A DNA stretch of 64,000 nt from positions 129,103-193,102 of IMG/VR virus record IMGVR_UViG_3300028591_000087; one strand, 5' to 3'. Positions 31,368 through 41,995 of the stretch are shown here, one piece after another. Origin of the DNA: a virus. Lineage: Duplodnaviria > Caudoviricetes. The position numbers and the translations under genes are program-made. Each line of letters starts with the position of its first letter. The stretch's first letter is position 1. Under the pieces are notes generated by a model. That model did no database searches, had not been told where the DNA came from, and saw nothing but the letters and a program-made list of their open reading frames with translations.

Positions 31368-32742
31368 CCTGTACCTCCTGTGCTTCCTCTATGTCGGGAG
31401 CAGTTGCTTCATCCTTCGCAATTCCTTCCAGAACCTTGAAGCTGAAATTTTTGTGTTTGTATACCTCGAATTTGCTACGGTTACAAATACGAGCAACAAC
31501 ACCTTCGCGCACATGAACCTTTCCAACAGGGTCAGGTCCATCGAAATACTCTTCAACACGTTTTACAACATACTCCTGCGGATCGCAAGGAATCCATTCA
31601 CCATGGAGTCCAGGCACATGATCCGGCACAAAGAATCGAGTGAACTCAGGCACAACGTTTACGCCCATCTGCTCGCAACGTTCTTTGATCTGGTCAGGGG
31701 AATATTCCACTACATCGCCGTCTTCATTTACCATAGTCATACGATACACGTATACTTCACAGCAAGGATTCCATGCACCAGTATCATGCTCAGGTTCTAC
31801 ATAAGTAGAATCTTGATCGCATCCGTAAGAGAACGTAGTCATTTCACCATACTGCTTGGTAAACTCAGGATCTTTCACTTTACTGTTGTCAACCTGGCTC
31901 ATAATAGGCGCACCTTTTGGACCCTGGAAACCAACAATCTCGTAGTAAACGACTTCGCCTTTGTGAAGCTTACCTTCGAACTTCGCAGCCATAGCATGGC
32001 GGAAATCGTCACTTTCATAGAATCCACCAATGCGTTTGTTGTCAAGCACGACACGACGGGTTCCAGTGATATAACCATATTCCATGTAGTCCTTGCCGTG
32101 CCGTCTGAGCAACTTGTCCAACCAGGTCCGTTTTGTGTGGACAAGAGGAAGGTAACCCGTACGACCAGACGTGCCGTGCATCTTCAAGGTGAGCTGAACC
32201 AAATCTCCAACCTTGAAGGCAGCCAAATTGTAGGCTAACTGGGCAGTGTCTACATGTTCATAGAAGGTAGGGGCGATATTCGCCTTAGCGCGACCTACGC
32301 CCTTACCTGCTCCGCGCCCGGCTGATTTGTTAGAGCGCGGGATATACTTACGGCAAATTTCTTCGCCATTCAGCACATCAATAGTATCTCCGACTTTGAG
32401 ATCAGAGATTTTACAAAAGTCAGTAAAAGCAGTTAAAGGCATATAAAGACCATCAGATTTCTCACCACGGAGTTTAATAGCCTTAATATTCCGCTTGTCA
32501 GGCTCCATATATCCGCCAATGTTCTTGCCGGTTTCAGGATCCTTTTTCCGCACCAGGTTATTTACTTCGCAGAACCGTTCAGAAAGCTGACCATCAACAG
32601 GGAAATAAACACCCATATCACCGATATTAGTGTCCAATCCTACAATGGTGTCGTTGCCGAAAAAGGTAGCAATCTGTAACCGATCTGCATTTGAATGTTT
32701 ACGAAGTTTTTCAACTTTTACTACATATCCGCAATATGCCAT
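31354..32742 (-). CDS. RNA ligase (Rnl2/DRB0094 type, N-terminal OB/tRNA-binding-like domain)
   Basis: HSNADRL, IKLRGEKSDGL, LKMHGTS (KxxG), YYEIVG, REGVV, YKHKN.F..LE. Confidence 0.82.
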   Translation of the reverse strand: MAYCGYVVKVEKLRKHSNADRLQIATFFGNDTIVGLDTNIGDMGVYFPVDGQLSERFCEVNNLVRKKDPETGKNIGGYMEPDKRNIKAIKLRGEKSDGLYMPLTAFTDFCKISDLKVGDTIDVLNGEEICRKYIPRSNKSAGRGAGKGVGRAKANIAPTFYEHVDTAQLAYNLAAFKVGDLVQLTLKMHGTSGRTGYLPLVHTKRTWLDKLLRRHGKDYMEYGYITGTRRVVLDNKRIGGFYESDDFRHAMAAKFEGKLHKGEVVYYEIVGFQGPKGAPIMSQVDNSKVKDPEFTKQYGEMTTFSYGCDQDSTYVEPEHDTGAWNPCCEVYVYRMTMVNEDGDVVEYSPDQIKERCEQMGVNVVPEFTRFFVPDHVPGLHGEWIPCDPQEYVVKRVEEYFDGPDPVGKVHVREGVVARICNRSKFEVYKHKNFSFKVLEGIAKDEATAPDIEEAQEVQDDNL

Positions 32743-32757
32743 TTTGTCTCACTCCCT

Positions 32758-33267
32758 TTAATCAATATCGAAGCCTTTACGTCGAAGAGCATTTTTCTGT
32801 TCTTCATTTGGAGGAAATTTGCAATAAAACACATATCCTTTATCATTTGGCTTCTTGCAATATTCACAAGGTATAAACCCAGATTCTTGATATATTTTTA
32901 TGTATCCGGTTTGTTCGGCTGTTCCTTCATCAATACCGAATAAAGAATAACAACACCGATTATGATCCATACTACTGCAACCATAGAATTCTCCGATTCT
33001 GTCAATCCATCCATCTGGATAATCAGCAAGATCATCTCTATGATACATCACTTCAAACTGATGCCAATCGTGAACATTGAAATAAAATTCATCTTGGTCA
33101 TTGATTGTATGATAATGATATCCACCATTACCATTACCGACTTTAATCTTTTCGCCAATGATGACATTGTCTTCTGTGAAACAAGAATCCTCAACTTCCC
33201 AATAGCCATTATATCGTCCATTGTAAGCTGGATTTGCTGGAATCTCCCATAGATGAACTATTGTCAT
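32758..33267 (-). CDS. Hypothetical protein
   Basis: GAGG RBS, co-oriented. Confidence 0.6.
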   Translation of the reverse strand: MTIVHLWEIPANPAYNGRYNGYWEVEDSCFTEDNVIIGEKIKVGNGNGGYHYHTINDQDEFYFNVHDWHQFEVMYHRDDLADYPDGWIDRIGEFYGCSSMDHNRCCYSLFGIDEGTAEQTGYIKIYQESGFIPCEYCKKPNDKGYVFYCKFPPNEEQKNALRRKGFDID

Positions 33268-33357
33268 TTTATATTACCTCTTATGTTGCAGGATGGTTAT
33301 CATTATAATTCTTAGCAAACCACCAAACTAAAACGATAACTAAAACCGTAAATCCAA

Positions 33358-33609
33358 TTAGTCGGAGCATGGATATTCTCCTTCCCAATAGAAGAATTCA
33401 GTATGAGATCCAACATCAATCTTGGTCATACCATCTTCTTTCCACGAGCGCATATAATAAGATTTAAACTTATTTTTCTCAGGTTTATTTTCATTACACT
33501 GCTCGATGAACTTATAAATACAGTAGCATACATCATCCCACGTCGCGCAATCAGCTATCTGTCTCTTGGTGCCTTGACTGTTCTCGAACCATAGAGTCAT
33601 TTGAATCAC
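33358..33609 (-). CDS. Hypothetical protein
   Basis: GGAG RBS; IDVGSHTEFF. Confidence 0.55.
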   Translation of the reverse strand: MIQMTLWFENSQGTKRQIADCATWDDVCYCIYKFIEQCNENKPEKNKFKSYYMRSWKEDGMTKIDVGSHTEFFYWEGEYPCSD

Positions 33610-33773
33610 TCCTTAAAAATTTTCGCCATTTCTCTCTTATTTCTTCACTATTGTAATTATCATAATCACCATAGCCAGATGATCGCATTATTGTTTCAAT
33701 CAGATTCTCTTCCTCATTCATATCCTTCCCTCACTTTCATAAATATAATATCATATAATTTATAAAAAATCAA

Positions 33774-34091
33774 TTACATAGAATCATATAGTCCGCCAGT
33801 ACACATAATTTGCGGGAGGGCATTGGGAAAATCGCCAACTTCATACTGCCATTGTTTTGGCTGAGGAGGACAATATTCAGGATAAGAATATTGATGTGCG
33901 GGAAACTGATAGTTCTCTTCTCTTTTGAATACTCCCATAGGGTTAGCAGTAGGTACGAACATGTAGACGTAAGTACCAACGACAGAGAATGGAGCTTTCT
34001 TCACCCAATCTTTTGCTTCTTGCTCAGTAAAGCATAGGATTTGGGGAACAAGTTTATCGGTTCCATTCGGTTGAAAACAAATTACCCACAT
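33774..34091 (-). CDS. Hypothetical protein
   Basis: Coupled to the upstream stop. Confidence 0.5.
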   Translation of the reverse strand: MWVICFQPNGTDKLVPQILCFTEQEAKDWVKKAPFSVVGTYVYMFVPTANPMGVFKREENYQFPAHQYSYPEYCPPQPKQWQYEVGDFPNALPQIMCTGGLYDSM

Positions 34092-34882
34092 TATTCACAT
34101 ACCTCCTCAAAATATGCGATCATAGCTTCTAATGCCAATTCTTTTAAATATACCTCAGCATTAAAAACTTCTTTATCTTCAAAATGATTTTTCGTCCATT
34201 CAAGAGCCTTTGCGCGCCATAAAGCAATATCAGTGCAGATTTGAAGCTCAGTTTGAAAATCTACATAACCATTTTTGATAGGCATTAAAGTAGATCTCAT
34301 ATCAGTTACATTGATTGCTTCATCAAAAGGACGATTGAACTGGAAATAACGAATCCAAGATTCTTTAATGCGCAAAGCATTTGCGACACTCTTGTGATTC
34401 ATTTCATTCTTGCGGGCAGCCCTATCATAAGCCCGCACGCGAGCCTGTTCAAGATATCCAAGCCAGGTCAAAGATTGTCTATAAAGATTATGCCGAGCAA
34501 TGTTATCTCTGGTTTGGAGCAGTTCATCATATAACCATTCCCAACCCGGCGCGATGTCGACATATTCAGTATACAGAATTTCGAGGAAGTTAATATTTCC
34601 TTTAATAAACTGTTTGAACATATCAACAATGTTTTTCATTTCAATGTTTTCACCATCATTAGAGGTCAAAACCTTGTTATATTTTTCAAGATCTCCCCAG
34701 ACCCAGTCTCTATGATCGGGAAGGATGATACTTTTAGTGTCAACATCACTATACTCATTGTCAACACCATAGTTCTGAGATCCGAACAATCCAGTGAAAA
34801 CACGGACTCCGCCATTTTCCGCACACCATTTATCAACAACCTGTGCGTGTTCAAATACTTTAACCAAAACTTCTCGGTTCAT
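34091..34882 (-). CDS. DNA polymerase beta-fold nucleotidyltransferase
   Basis: GSQNYG...SDVD, KGNINFLEIL. Confidence 0.78.
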   Translation of the reverse strand: MNREVLVKVFEHAQVVDKWCAENGGVRVFTGLFGSQNYGVDNEYSDVDTKSIILPDHRDWVWGDLEKYNKVLTSNDGENIEMKNIVDMFKQFIKGNINFLEILYTEYVDIAPGWEWLYDELLQTRDNIARHNLYRQSLTWLGYLEQARVRAYDRAARKNEMNHKSVANALRIKESWIRYFQFNRPFDEAINVTDMRSTLMPIKNGYVDFQTELQICTDIALWRAKALEWTKNHFEDKEVFNAEVYLKELALEAMIAYFEEVCE

Positions 34883-35111
34883 TCGGATCTCCTCCTTCAA
34901 TCTCTTTTGTCCATACTTCAAAAATAGCATCTTCCGGCACTGTATCATCAATCATCTCAATTAATGACTCAACAGTAGAAGCGAGAAGAATAATACCTTG
35001 CTCTTCTGTTTTATATCGAGTAACAATATACATATTGTCCATATTGATATTTGCTTCTGCTAACTCAATAATATCAAATTTATCTAACTCTTCTGTCTTT
35101 ATCCAAGCCAT
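34860..35111 (-). CDS. Hypothetical protein
   Basis: Promoter at 35137-35165 and RBS. Confidence 0.5.
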   Translation of the reverse strand: MAWIKTEELDKFDIIELAEANINMDNMYIVTRYKTEEQGIILLASTVESLIEMIDDTVPEDAIFEVWTKEIEGGDPNEPRSFG

Positions 35112-35161
35112 TATTCTCTCCTCACTTTCTATAATTATTATATCAAAAATATAAAAAAAAA

Positions 35162-35190
35162 TCAAGGGAGACACTTTATGTCTCCCTTGA
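35162..35190 (-). terminator. Intrinsic terminator after the DUF2828 gene
   Basis: TCAAGGGAGACA/TGTCTCCCTTGA hairpin followed by a T run. Confidence 0.8.
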
Positions 35191-35198
35191 AAGATTTT

Positions 35199-36707
35199 TT
35201 AGGCGTGAATCCGCTCGTAGCGTTCTCCACCAATCGCATCCATCATCAGATCCCAACCAGTCTTACCAGTTAAGATACTCTGGAAAATGGAAGGACTGAA
35301 ACCAGATACGTAAGATACGTAGTGGTTACCAATCATAGGAATGTTAGCCTGGCGAGCATCAACATTCCAATAGATCAGCTTAGGCATCTGGAATCCGTAG
35401 TTATTGAACTTGCGCTCAATGGTTTCCATTACAGATTCTGCATTGGCAGTACAGATACCACCAGTGTTATGCCAATAGTTATTAGTAGCATGGTCAAACT
35501 CCATATCAGAGATAACAATCATGTACTCAGGTAACTTTGCGCCGGTGCGGATAGCGGTATTCAATACAAGATCGAAAGCCGCTTCGATGTTGGTGTTTTC
35601 GCAAAGGTTCGTGCTAACAATGCGATATACCTTGTCGCAGAAGTCTACACCAGCAGTCTCAATCAGCTGAGGACGAGAACTGAAACTGATGTAGTGATTG
35701 TGCCAAGGACCCTGGTTACGTTCTGCGCAGTACAGACCAAGTGCCGTAGCAACATTGATAGGAGTACCGCTCATAGAGCCAGAGGTGTCGATCATACAAA
35801 GAGCATCCAGCTTGGCGCCCTTGAAATAATCGGTGAGGTTATCCCAGTACTTATTGATCATTAGACGATCAGTGTTATCAAGCGCAACTGTATTACGATC
35901 GTAGTACCAGGAAGGATGCATGAGGTTAATAGCCTTCTCAACAACCTCGTAAGGATAGAGTGCAGCTGCGTTAACCTTAGTGTTCTCGTCCTTTGCGAAC
36001 GCTTCATACTTCGCCTTGATCATATCGCGACGAGCGAAAGCATTCTTATAGATAAGACCAGCCTTGGAAGGGATCTTATCGAACTCAATCTCATCCCAGC
36101 GATTTGCAGACATCAGTACTTCAAGTACATTAATGCGCGCACGCATAATGGATAGAGTCTTACGATACTCCTTGTGGCTCATACCAAGATAACGACGAGT
36201 CTTGTCAGCCAAACGCTTGGTTTCGTTAGAGCTGGCATTCTCAGACTTCATCCACTTTGCGAGAAGGGAAGGAGTCTTACACTCCAAGTCAAGAGCGAGC
36301 TGTCTCTTGATAAATGCAAAAGCATCCCGTTCAAGAGGGGTATCACAAAGAGAATAGAGATCATCCCAACGGCCATATTCCGCAATATTCTCGATGTTCT
36401 TGCGGATAGACTCCCGCATCGTCTTATTGTTCGCCATATAGCGGATGACAACGCGGAAGAACCGACGCTCTCCCTGACCTCCGCGCACGTCGCGGATATA
36501 GAAAAGCATCTTCATAGCCAGCTCAGGATTCTCAGCATATGCCTTCTGGAACATCAAAATGACATCCTCATCAGAGCGATTGCGCATAGCTGCGCCCATA
36601 GCAAACATATCCAACAGATCACTATTGGTAGTCTTATGGGTAATTCCACCATTCTCCGTAAGGGTAAAGTTGGTAGCCTGCTTCATTCCATTAAGTAAAG
36701 TATTCAT
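35199..36707 (-). CDS. DUF2828-family Ro60/TROVE-like protein with C-terminal vWA domain
   Basis: TENG, FYIRDVRGGQGER, YGRWDDL, LAKW, DTSGSM (MIDAS), ISDMEFD, YWNV, VSGFS. Confidence 0.85.
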   Translation of the reverse strand: MNTLLNGMKQATNFTLTENGGITHKTTNSDLLDMFAMGAAMRNRSDEDVILMFQKAYAENPELAMKMLFYIRDVRGGQGERRFFRVVIRYMANNKTMRESIRKNIENIAEYGRWDDLYSLCDTPLERDAFAFIKRQLALDLECKTPSLLAKWMKSENASSNETKRLADKTRRYLGMSHKEYRKTLSIMRARINVLEVLMSANRWDEIEFDKIPSKAGLIYKNAFARRDMIKAKYEAFAKDENTKVNAAALYPYEVVEKAINLMHPSWYYDRNTVALDNTDRLMINKYWDNLTDYFKGAKLDALCMIDTSGSMSGTPINVATALGLYCAERNQGPWHNHYISFSSRPQLIETAGVDFCDKVYRIVSTNLCENTNIEAAFDLVLNTAIRTGAKLPEYMIVISDMEFDHATNNYWHNTGGICTANAESVMETIERKFNNYGFQMPKLIYWNVDARQANIPMIGNHYVSYVSGFSPSIFQSILTGKTGWDLMMDAIGGERYERIHA

Positions 36708-36774
36708 TCCTTTTTCTCTCCTTTTTATTTTTGGACAAGGCTTGGACAAGCCTTTCATTTCTTATTTCATATAT

Positions 36775-36803
36775 ATTATATAAAAAATTTTTAAAAAAAT
36801 CAA
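36775..36803 (-). promoter_or_regulatory. SigmaA-type promoter of the DUF2828 gene
   Basis: TTGATT-17-TATAAT. Confidence 0.75.
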
Positions 36804-37661
36804 TTACCACATCTTACATAGTAGATCTTGATATACAAGAGGTAAGTATTGTGGAAGAGTTAAATAGTATAAAATAGTATATAACCATTGTGGAACTAAT
36901 AAACTTCTTCCAGAGATTTTGAAATATTGGAATCCTTCTTGTTCCATTTGCAATAGTGTAGTATTAGTTATTGCATGCGGTAAGGTCATTAATTCAAAGA
37001 AAGATCTTTCTTCTGCGCCAAATGGACATTCAAATTGACTTATTTCTTCATTATCATATAATACTGCTTTACTAATTGCATGATAATGTTTCATGCGCTG
37101 AGGACAATTTGGATTACAAGGCTCGGCGCATAAAATTTCAATATTTTCTTTGTGTTGTAATTGTTTTATGTACTCAGGGTTATTGTTAAAATTATAATTC
37201 ATAACATAGATATTGTCTTTACTGATTTCATTTACTTTATCAATATCTTTAATATCTAATGTGGTGCTATAAATAATAGGAATATGCGGATAATTCTTTT
37301 TAAAGTGTTCTATTAACAATGGATGATTAAGAATTACTTCATCATTTTCTCGAATAAAATTTTTAACGAAATGATTACAAGTATAATCATTTACCATATT
37401 TTCATCCAATAGACAATTTGTAAAAACATGACGTAATTTTATTGGCTGTTGTAACTCATTAAAAAAGGGTAATATATCTCTTGGCGATTCATCTATTGTA
37501 GGATTACGCCCACCGCGCCAAATCAAATTTTGATCAGCATCATAAAAACTATCAATTACTCGATCTTTATAGAAAAAATCTGGATAGCTGAAATAATAAT
37601 TTAGAAATATTTTTACAAATTTGAATTTTGAATAAAAACCTGGCAATGATAATTTAATCAT
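36804..37661 (-). CDS. Peptidase U32-like Fe-S protein
   Basis: WRGGR, IYSTT, EILCAEPCNPNC..R..HY, C, FKISGR. Confidence 0.55.
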   Translation of the reverse strand: MIKLSLPGFYSKFKFVKIFLNYYFSYPDFFYKDRVIDSFYDADQNLIWRGGRNPTIDESPRDILPFFNELQQPIKLRHVFTNCLLDENMVNDYTCNHFVKNFIRENDEVILNHPLLIEHFKKNYPHIPIIYSTTLDIKDIDKVNEISKDNIYVMNYNFNNNPEYIKQLQHKENIEILCAEPCNPNCPQRMKHYHAISKAVLYDNEEISQFECPFGAEERSFFELMTLPHAITNTTLLQMEQEGFQYFKISGRSLLVPQWLYTILYYLTLPQYLPLVYQDLLCKMW

Positions 37662-38202
37662 CTAATTCTTCCTCTTTTGGTTTATCTAAATCTAAATATG
37701 CTTTTAGTTTAACTGTATCTCCCCAATATTGTTTACCCCATTTTTCGAATCCCCAATCTGGATCAATTGGGAAAATCTCATAATCTACAAGCCAAAGTTC
37801 ACCATCGCGTACTACGAAATTATTTGGAAAAAAATCAGCTGTACAATTTAATGGCTTTAATGTTTCTTCTATTGCTTGGGCTTGGGGGATATATTGATCT
37901 ATATCTTCGTGATTTTGAATCATTTGAAGAATAGTTGGTCCTTGAATATATTCTTTTACAATACATAATGCTTCTTCGTCATAAGCAATAATGTTTGGAA
38001 CTTTTATTCCTGCGGTTTTTAGTATATTATATCCTTCAAGCTCAGATTCCATTAATGTTTTATCTTCAAAACGATCACATACTGCATCATATAATTGTTT
38101 TACAATTACAACCTTATCGTCATATTCTGCAAGATATGTGTCACCATTAGTTCCTTGCTTTATGAGTTCAAATAAAAGAGCTTCTTTTCCTGCTATTTTC
38201 AT
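37654..38202 (-). CDS. Protein kinase-like fold protein
   Basis: QGTNGDTY, VIVK, KEYIQG, DFFPNNF, LVDYE. Confidence 0.65.
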   Translation of the reverse strand: MKIAGKEALLFELIKQGTNGDTYLAEYDDKVVIVKQLYDAVCDRFEDKTLMESELEGYNILKTAGIKVPNIIAYDEEALCIVKEYIQGPTILQMIQNHEDIDQYIPQAQAIEETLKPLNCTADFFPNNFVVRDGELWLVDYEIFPIDPDWGFEKWGKQYWGDTVKLKAYLDLDKPKEEELDD

Positions 38203-38301
38203 GTAATGCTCACCACTTTCTATTTTTATTATATAAAAATCTTTAAAAAAAGTCAAAAAAAAATAAGGTAGCTAAAGCTACCTTAAAAAATTAATTATTT
38301 T

Positions 38302-38673
38302 TTATAATATTTTATAAATAAAATAAGTAAATACACTATAACCTATATTCATGCTACCAGTTATATGCTATGTCATATTACCATTTGGATTTATATGAAC
38401 ATATCCAGCATATGTATAATAAGTAGAACCATCCGATGAACCTATTGTATAAACAGTATATTTAGAACTTACTGCTGTATTAGGACGATATTTAACAGGA
38501 ATAATAAATGCGGGACTTGTATTGTTTAAATTTGTATTTATTGGTGAAAACATTGCCTATATAGTTATATAATTATTGGTTGTTTCATTTAATATACATA
38601 TTCCTTCAATATTGGTTTCAGGAAAAATAATCTAAAATGAATCAATTTTTTCTATATTCGTTTGTCCTAGCAT
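38302..38673 (-). CDS. Virion/tail-accessory-like protein (3 TAG read as Gln)
   Basis: Frame MLGQTN... is open to TAA at 38302 only under code 15; IPVKYRP..GYVHINPNGNM. Confidence 0.6.
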
Positions 38674-38682
38674 AATACCACC

Positions 38683-39339
38683 TTAACTAATAGAAAATAC
38701 TACCATATTTAATCCTCCTGCGGTTCCGACTGAACCACCATTGGATATCTTAAGATTTCCTGATATTACTTCTATTAATGCTACTTGCATATTTAAACCA
38801 CTGTTGTTAAATACTTGTTCACTAATATTATAAAATAATTGTGTTCCAGATGGAGATACATCGGTTTTAACCGCTGCGGTATGATATGAACTAGTATTTC
38901 CGCACTATCCATATACAACTAAATATTTGCCGGGGGCAAATGTATAACTATAAGTAGTATTAGTATCATTCGCGCCAGCATTATATAAAATAGATAAAAG
39001 AGTAATTTTTCTATCTAATTTAAATAATGCTGCTTCTGTTCGACAATTAGTATTACTGCTATAATTATTTGCCGCAACAGTACAAGTATTTCCAACGATA
39101 CATTCAAATTCAGCTACTACTAATCGTCGTGCATTGCCTGTGATAAAAGTAGTATTTATACCAGTGCTTTGACAAGTATAGCCACTATCACCACGCATTG
39201 CAATACCTAAATAATATCCTGGTTCATTAACTGAAAAAGTATAACTGATAGATGGTGTTCCTTGATTTGCCCAAATGTATGTTAAACCTGGTACTCCTGT
39301 TGTGGCAAGCTAAAATGCAGTATTTACCTACCCAATCAC
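38683..39339 (-). CDS. Beta-rich virion/tail-accessory-like protein (3 TAG read as Gln)
   Basis: GTG start overlapping the lysin stop; MIG*VN parallels MLGQTN of the neighbouring gene. Confidence 0.6.
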
Positions 39340-40031
39340 TATATCTTTAAAAACTTGGCCATCATATAGCCAGTTTTACCATTCCATTTTATTTGCGCCC
39401 ATTCTTCGCCAGGAACCAAAATCTAAACTTGGGTTCCAATCTTAATCTAATGAATTAATTTAGCTTTAAGACTTGGCGAAACGCGCATATTTACAGTTCT
39501 ACCAGTTGGGGCGGTCACAATTGCATAAGATCCATGTTCAGGCTCTTTTTCCTCCTGTTGATTTGGATTTGGAATCTTTTTTATCCAACCATGATATCTC
39601 CAATATCTTCCGATTGAATTCTCCACTTTAACAGTAGGTTGCCACATATGAGTAATTTGGAATGGATCTAAACTGGTTACTACACCGATGTGCATATAAT
39701 CAATTAAATCGCCGTTATAATATTGACCGCCCTTTTTATAACGACCTGGCAGGGCATACCCTGCTTCGCTCGGATTATAGATCTAAAATACTACTTCACC
39801 GAGCTTTAATTCATCTTGATTATCTATTTTAGCCAAATAAGTTAATTCTTTGCGGGCAAAATAATTACTTCCATGGATCCCAGTGTATTTAATGCCCGCA
39901 CGACGAAGCGCGCCAATGACTAAACCAACACAATCACAAGTGCCATTAGTCCCACTACCGCCGGACTTATATCTAGGTCTTAAATTTTTTATTACGTTTA
40001 CTTTATCAATAAAGTTTTCAAGTACGCCCAT
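39336..40031 (-). CDS. Cell-wall hydrolase/endolysin: NlpC/P60 + SH3b (4 TAG read as Gln)
   Basis: CDCVGLV catalytic Cys, HIGVV His, VNMRVSPS..WAQIKWNGKTGYMM SH3b; fragments join in frame. Confidence 0.82.
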
Positions 40032-40081
40032 GGAATCACCTTCTTTTGGAAAAAGGGCGATCCAAAGATCGCCCCATAATA

Positions 40082-41182
40082 TTATTCTTCGATTGTTACA
40101 TCAGGAACAATGCCATCAGCAGGCATTACATTAACATTCTGATAACCATCAGCAATGTTAAATACAACACCATTTTCAACAGTAAGGCTCATTGGGTAAT
40201 GACCTTCGAGCTTACCAAATGGATATAATCCTTCTTCATCGAATACGATACCATCTGCACCAAAGTTCTTCTTACGATCGCCTACGCCACCTTCTTGAGC
40301 ATTTTCATCCCAAGTGGTATTGATCTGTACGCCATCTTTAACGATTAAGGTACCACCACGCTGGCAGATACCGCAACCATTAGTTGCATTAATTACAGTG
40401 CCTTCTTCAACGATAATAGTATCGTTGTTAGCTGCATAAATACCGCAAGCAATATAACCAGGGGAGGTAATATGTGCGTTAATTACAGCATTCTTGATAT
40501 GGATGGTATTTCCACCACGGCCATTAGAACCATTAGTACCAACTGCGAAGTTATCAACAGTTTCAAGTTCGCCGCCATTGATCTCGATTTCAGCGCCATC
40601 AAATGCCATAATGCCAGCTTCTTGAGATTCAATCTTACCACCATTCATAACTACCTTAGAACCTGCGCCAGAAGCAGCGATACACTGTCCAGCACTAGTA
40701 GATTCATAGGTACCACTGTTAACTACAACAGTACCGCCATTCTGTGCATATGCTACATAGCCAGCACCAGAAATAGAACCAGTACCTTCGAGAACGATTT
40801 CACCGCCATTTGCTACAAATGGATAAGCGTCATTATTAGTTACATCGTCATTAACGATAACAGTTAACTTCTTACCTTCGCTTACGAAAATGCGCTCATT
40901 AGAAGCGATTGTTAAATCAGAAGGAAGAGCTACCTGTACGTTACTATTGCTGTTCAAAGCAGCCTTGATATCATTAATTGGAGTCTGACTCTTAGATACA
41001 TCGATAACTTCAACATAACCAGTGATAGCATCCAAATCTGCGCTGGTCATATCATCGAGATCCGGAATCTCGCTAATTGCCTTTTGAACGTGGGCTGTTA
41101 ATTCACCATTATCGGTGAACTTCTGTTCAATCGCTGCCCAAAGACGAGCAACGCCGGCTTGAGTAATATATTTTACACCCAT
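40082..41182 (-). CDS. Virion fibre-like protein with beta-helix domain
   Basis: N-terminal module YITQAGVARLWAAIEQKF..DLDAITG followed by Gly/Asn-rich beta-helix repeats. Confidence 0.6.
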   Translation of the reverse strand: MGVKYITQAGVARLWAAIEQKFTDNGELTAHVQKAISEIPDLDDMTSADLDAITGYVEVIDVSKSQTPINDIKAALNSNSNVQVALPSDLTIASNERIFVSEGKKLTVIVNDDVTNNDAYPFVANGGEIVLEGTGSISGAGYVAYAQNGGTVVVNSGTYESTSAGQCIAASGAGSKVVMNGGKIESQEAGIMAFDGAEIEINGGELETVDNFAVGTNGSNGRGGNTIHIKNAVINAHITSPGYIACGIYAANNDTIIVEEGTVINATNGCGICQRGGTLIVKDGVQINTTWDENAQEGGVGDRKKNFGADGIVFDEEGLYPFGKLEGHYPMSLTVENGVVFNIADGYQNVNVMPADGIVPDVTIEE

Positions 41183-41204
41183 TATTTAATTACCTACCTT
41201 GTTA

Positions 41205-41411
41205 TTATTCGCCAGGATTTGCCTGTGGCTCTTGATAACCGGTGATAGCGTCGATATCAGCATTAGACATAGCTTCTGCATCGGTGAGACTGTCATCGAT
41301 CATAGCCTGTACGCCAGTTGTAAGTTCATCATTATCGATGAATTTCTGTTCGATAGCTGCCCAGAGTCTACGAACGCCATTTTCAGTTAAATACTTTACC
41401 TTATCAGCCAT
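41205..41411 (-). CDS. Small paralog consisting only of the fibre N-terminal module
   Basis: YLTENGVRRLWAAIEQKF..SNADIDAITGY. Confidence 0.65.
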   Translation of the reverse strand: MADKVKYLTENGVRRLWAAIEQKFIDNDELTTGVQAMIDDSLTDAEAMSNADIDAITGYQEPQANPGE

Positions 41412-41793
41412 TTAAATTCACTCCCGTAATGTTGTCAATGTCTTCATCAGACAATGCTTCATAAATTATTCTGGCTATTGATGGGACTTCTGGCGGGTTA
41501 TCAGGGTCTATGCCAGTGATTGCATCAATATCAGCATTGGATAACTGTAATGGAGATGCAGTTTTTCCTTCAAGAGCAATAATCTATCTCTGCAAATCTT
41601 CATCGGCAACCTACATCATATCAATTCTTTTATTGATACGCTTTAAATCGGTTTCTTCCAATAATTTCGCAATTAATTGCTCTGTTTCATCCGGATGATG
41701 ATATACCCATTTAGCCCACTCTATACGAGTATTATCTCTATTCCAGAACTCTGCTAAGCCATTTTTCTCTGTATAATAGGACAACAGGCTCAT
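41404..41793 (-). CDS. Third paralog with two DIDxITG motifs (2 TAG read as Gln)
   Basis: Read-through reveals LSNADIDAITG and LSDEDIDNITG; TGA at 41404. Confidence 0.65.
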
Positions 41794-41995
41794 CTCCTTA
41801 CATAAAGTTCTTCGTATATAATAAAAAAATGGTCAAGATAATTATTATCTCTTGACCAAAAATTGCCCGAACAACCAACGCGTTGTCCGGGCTACAAAAA
41901 CAGAAAGGAAGGAACACCATGGACCCGGGTGACCAATCCGGCTCACATAGGAAAAACAGTTATGGATTAAACATCATTTATAAGTGGCGAATTAC

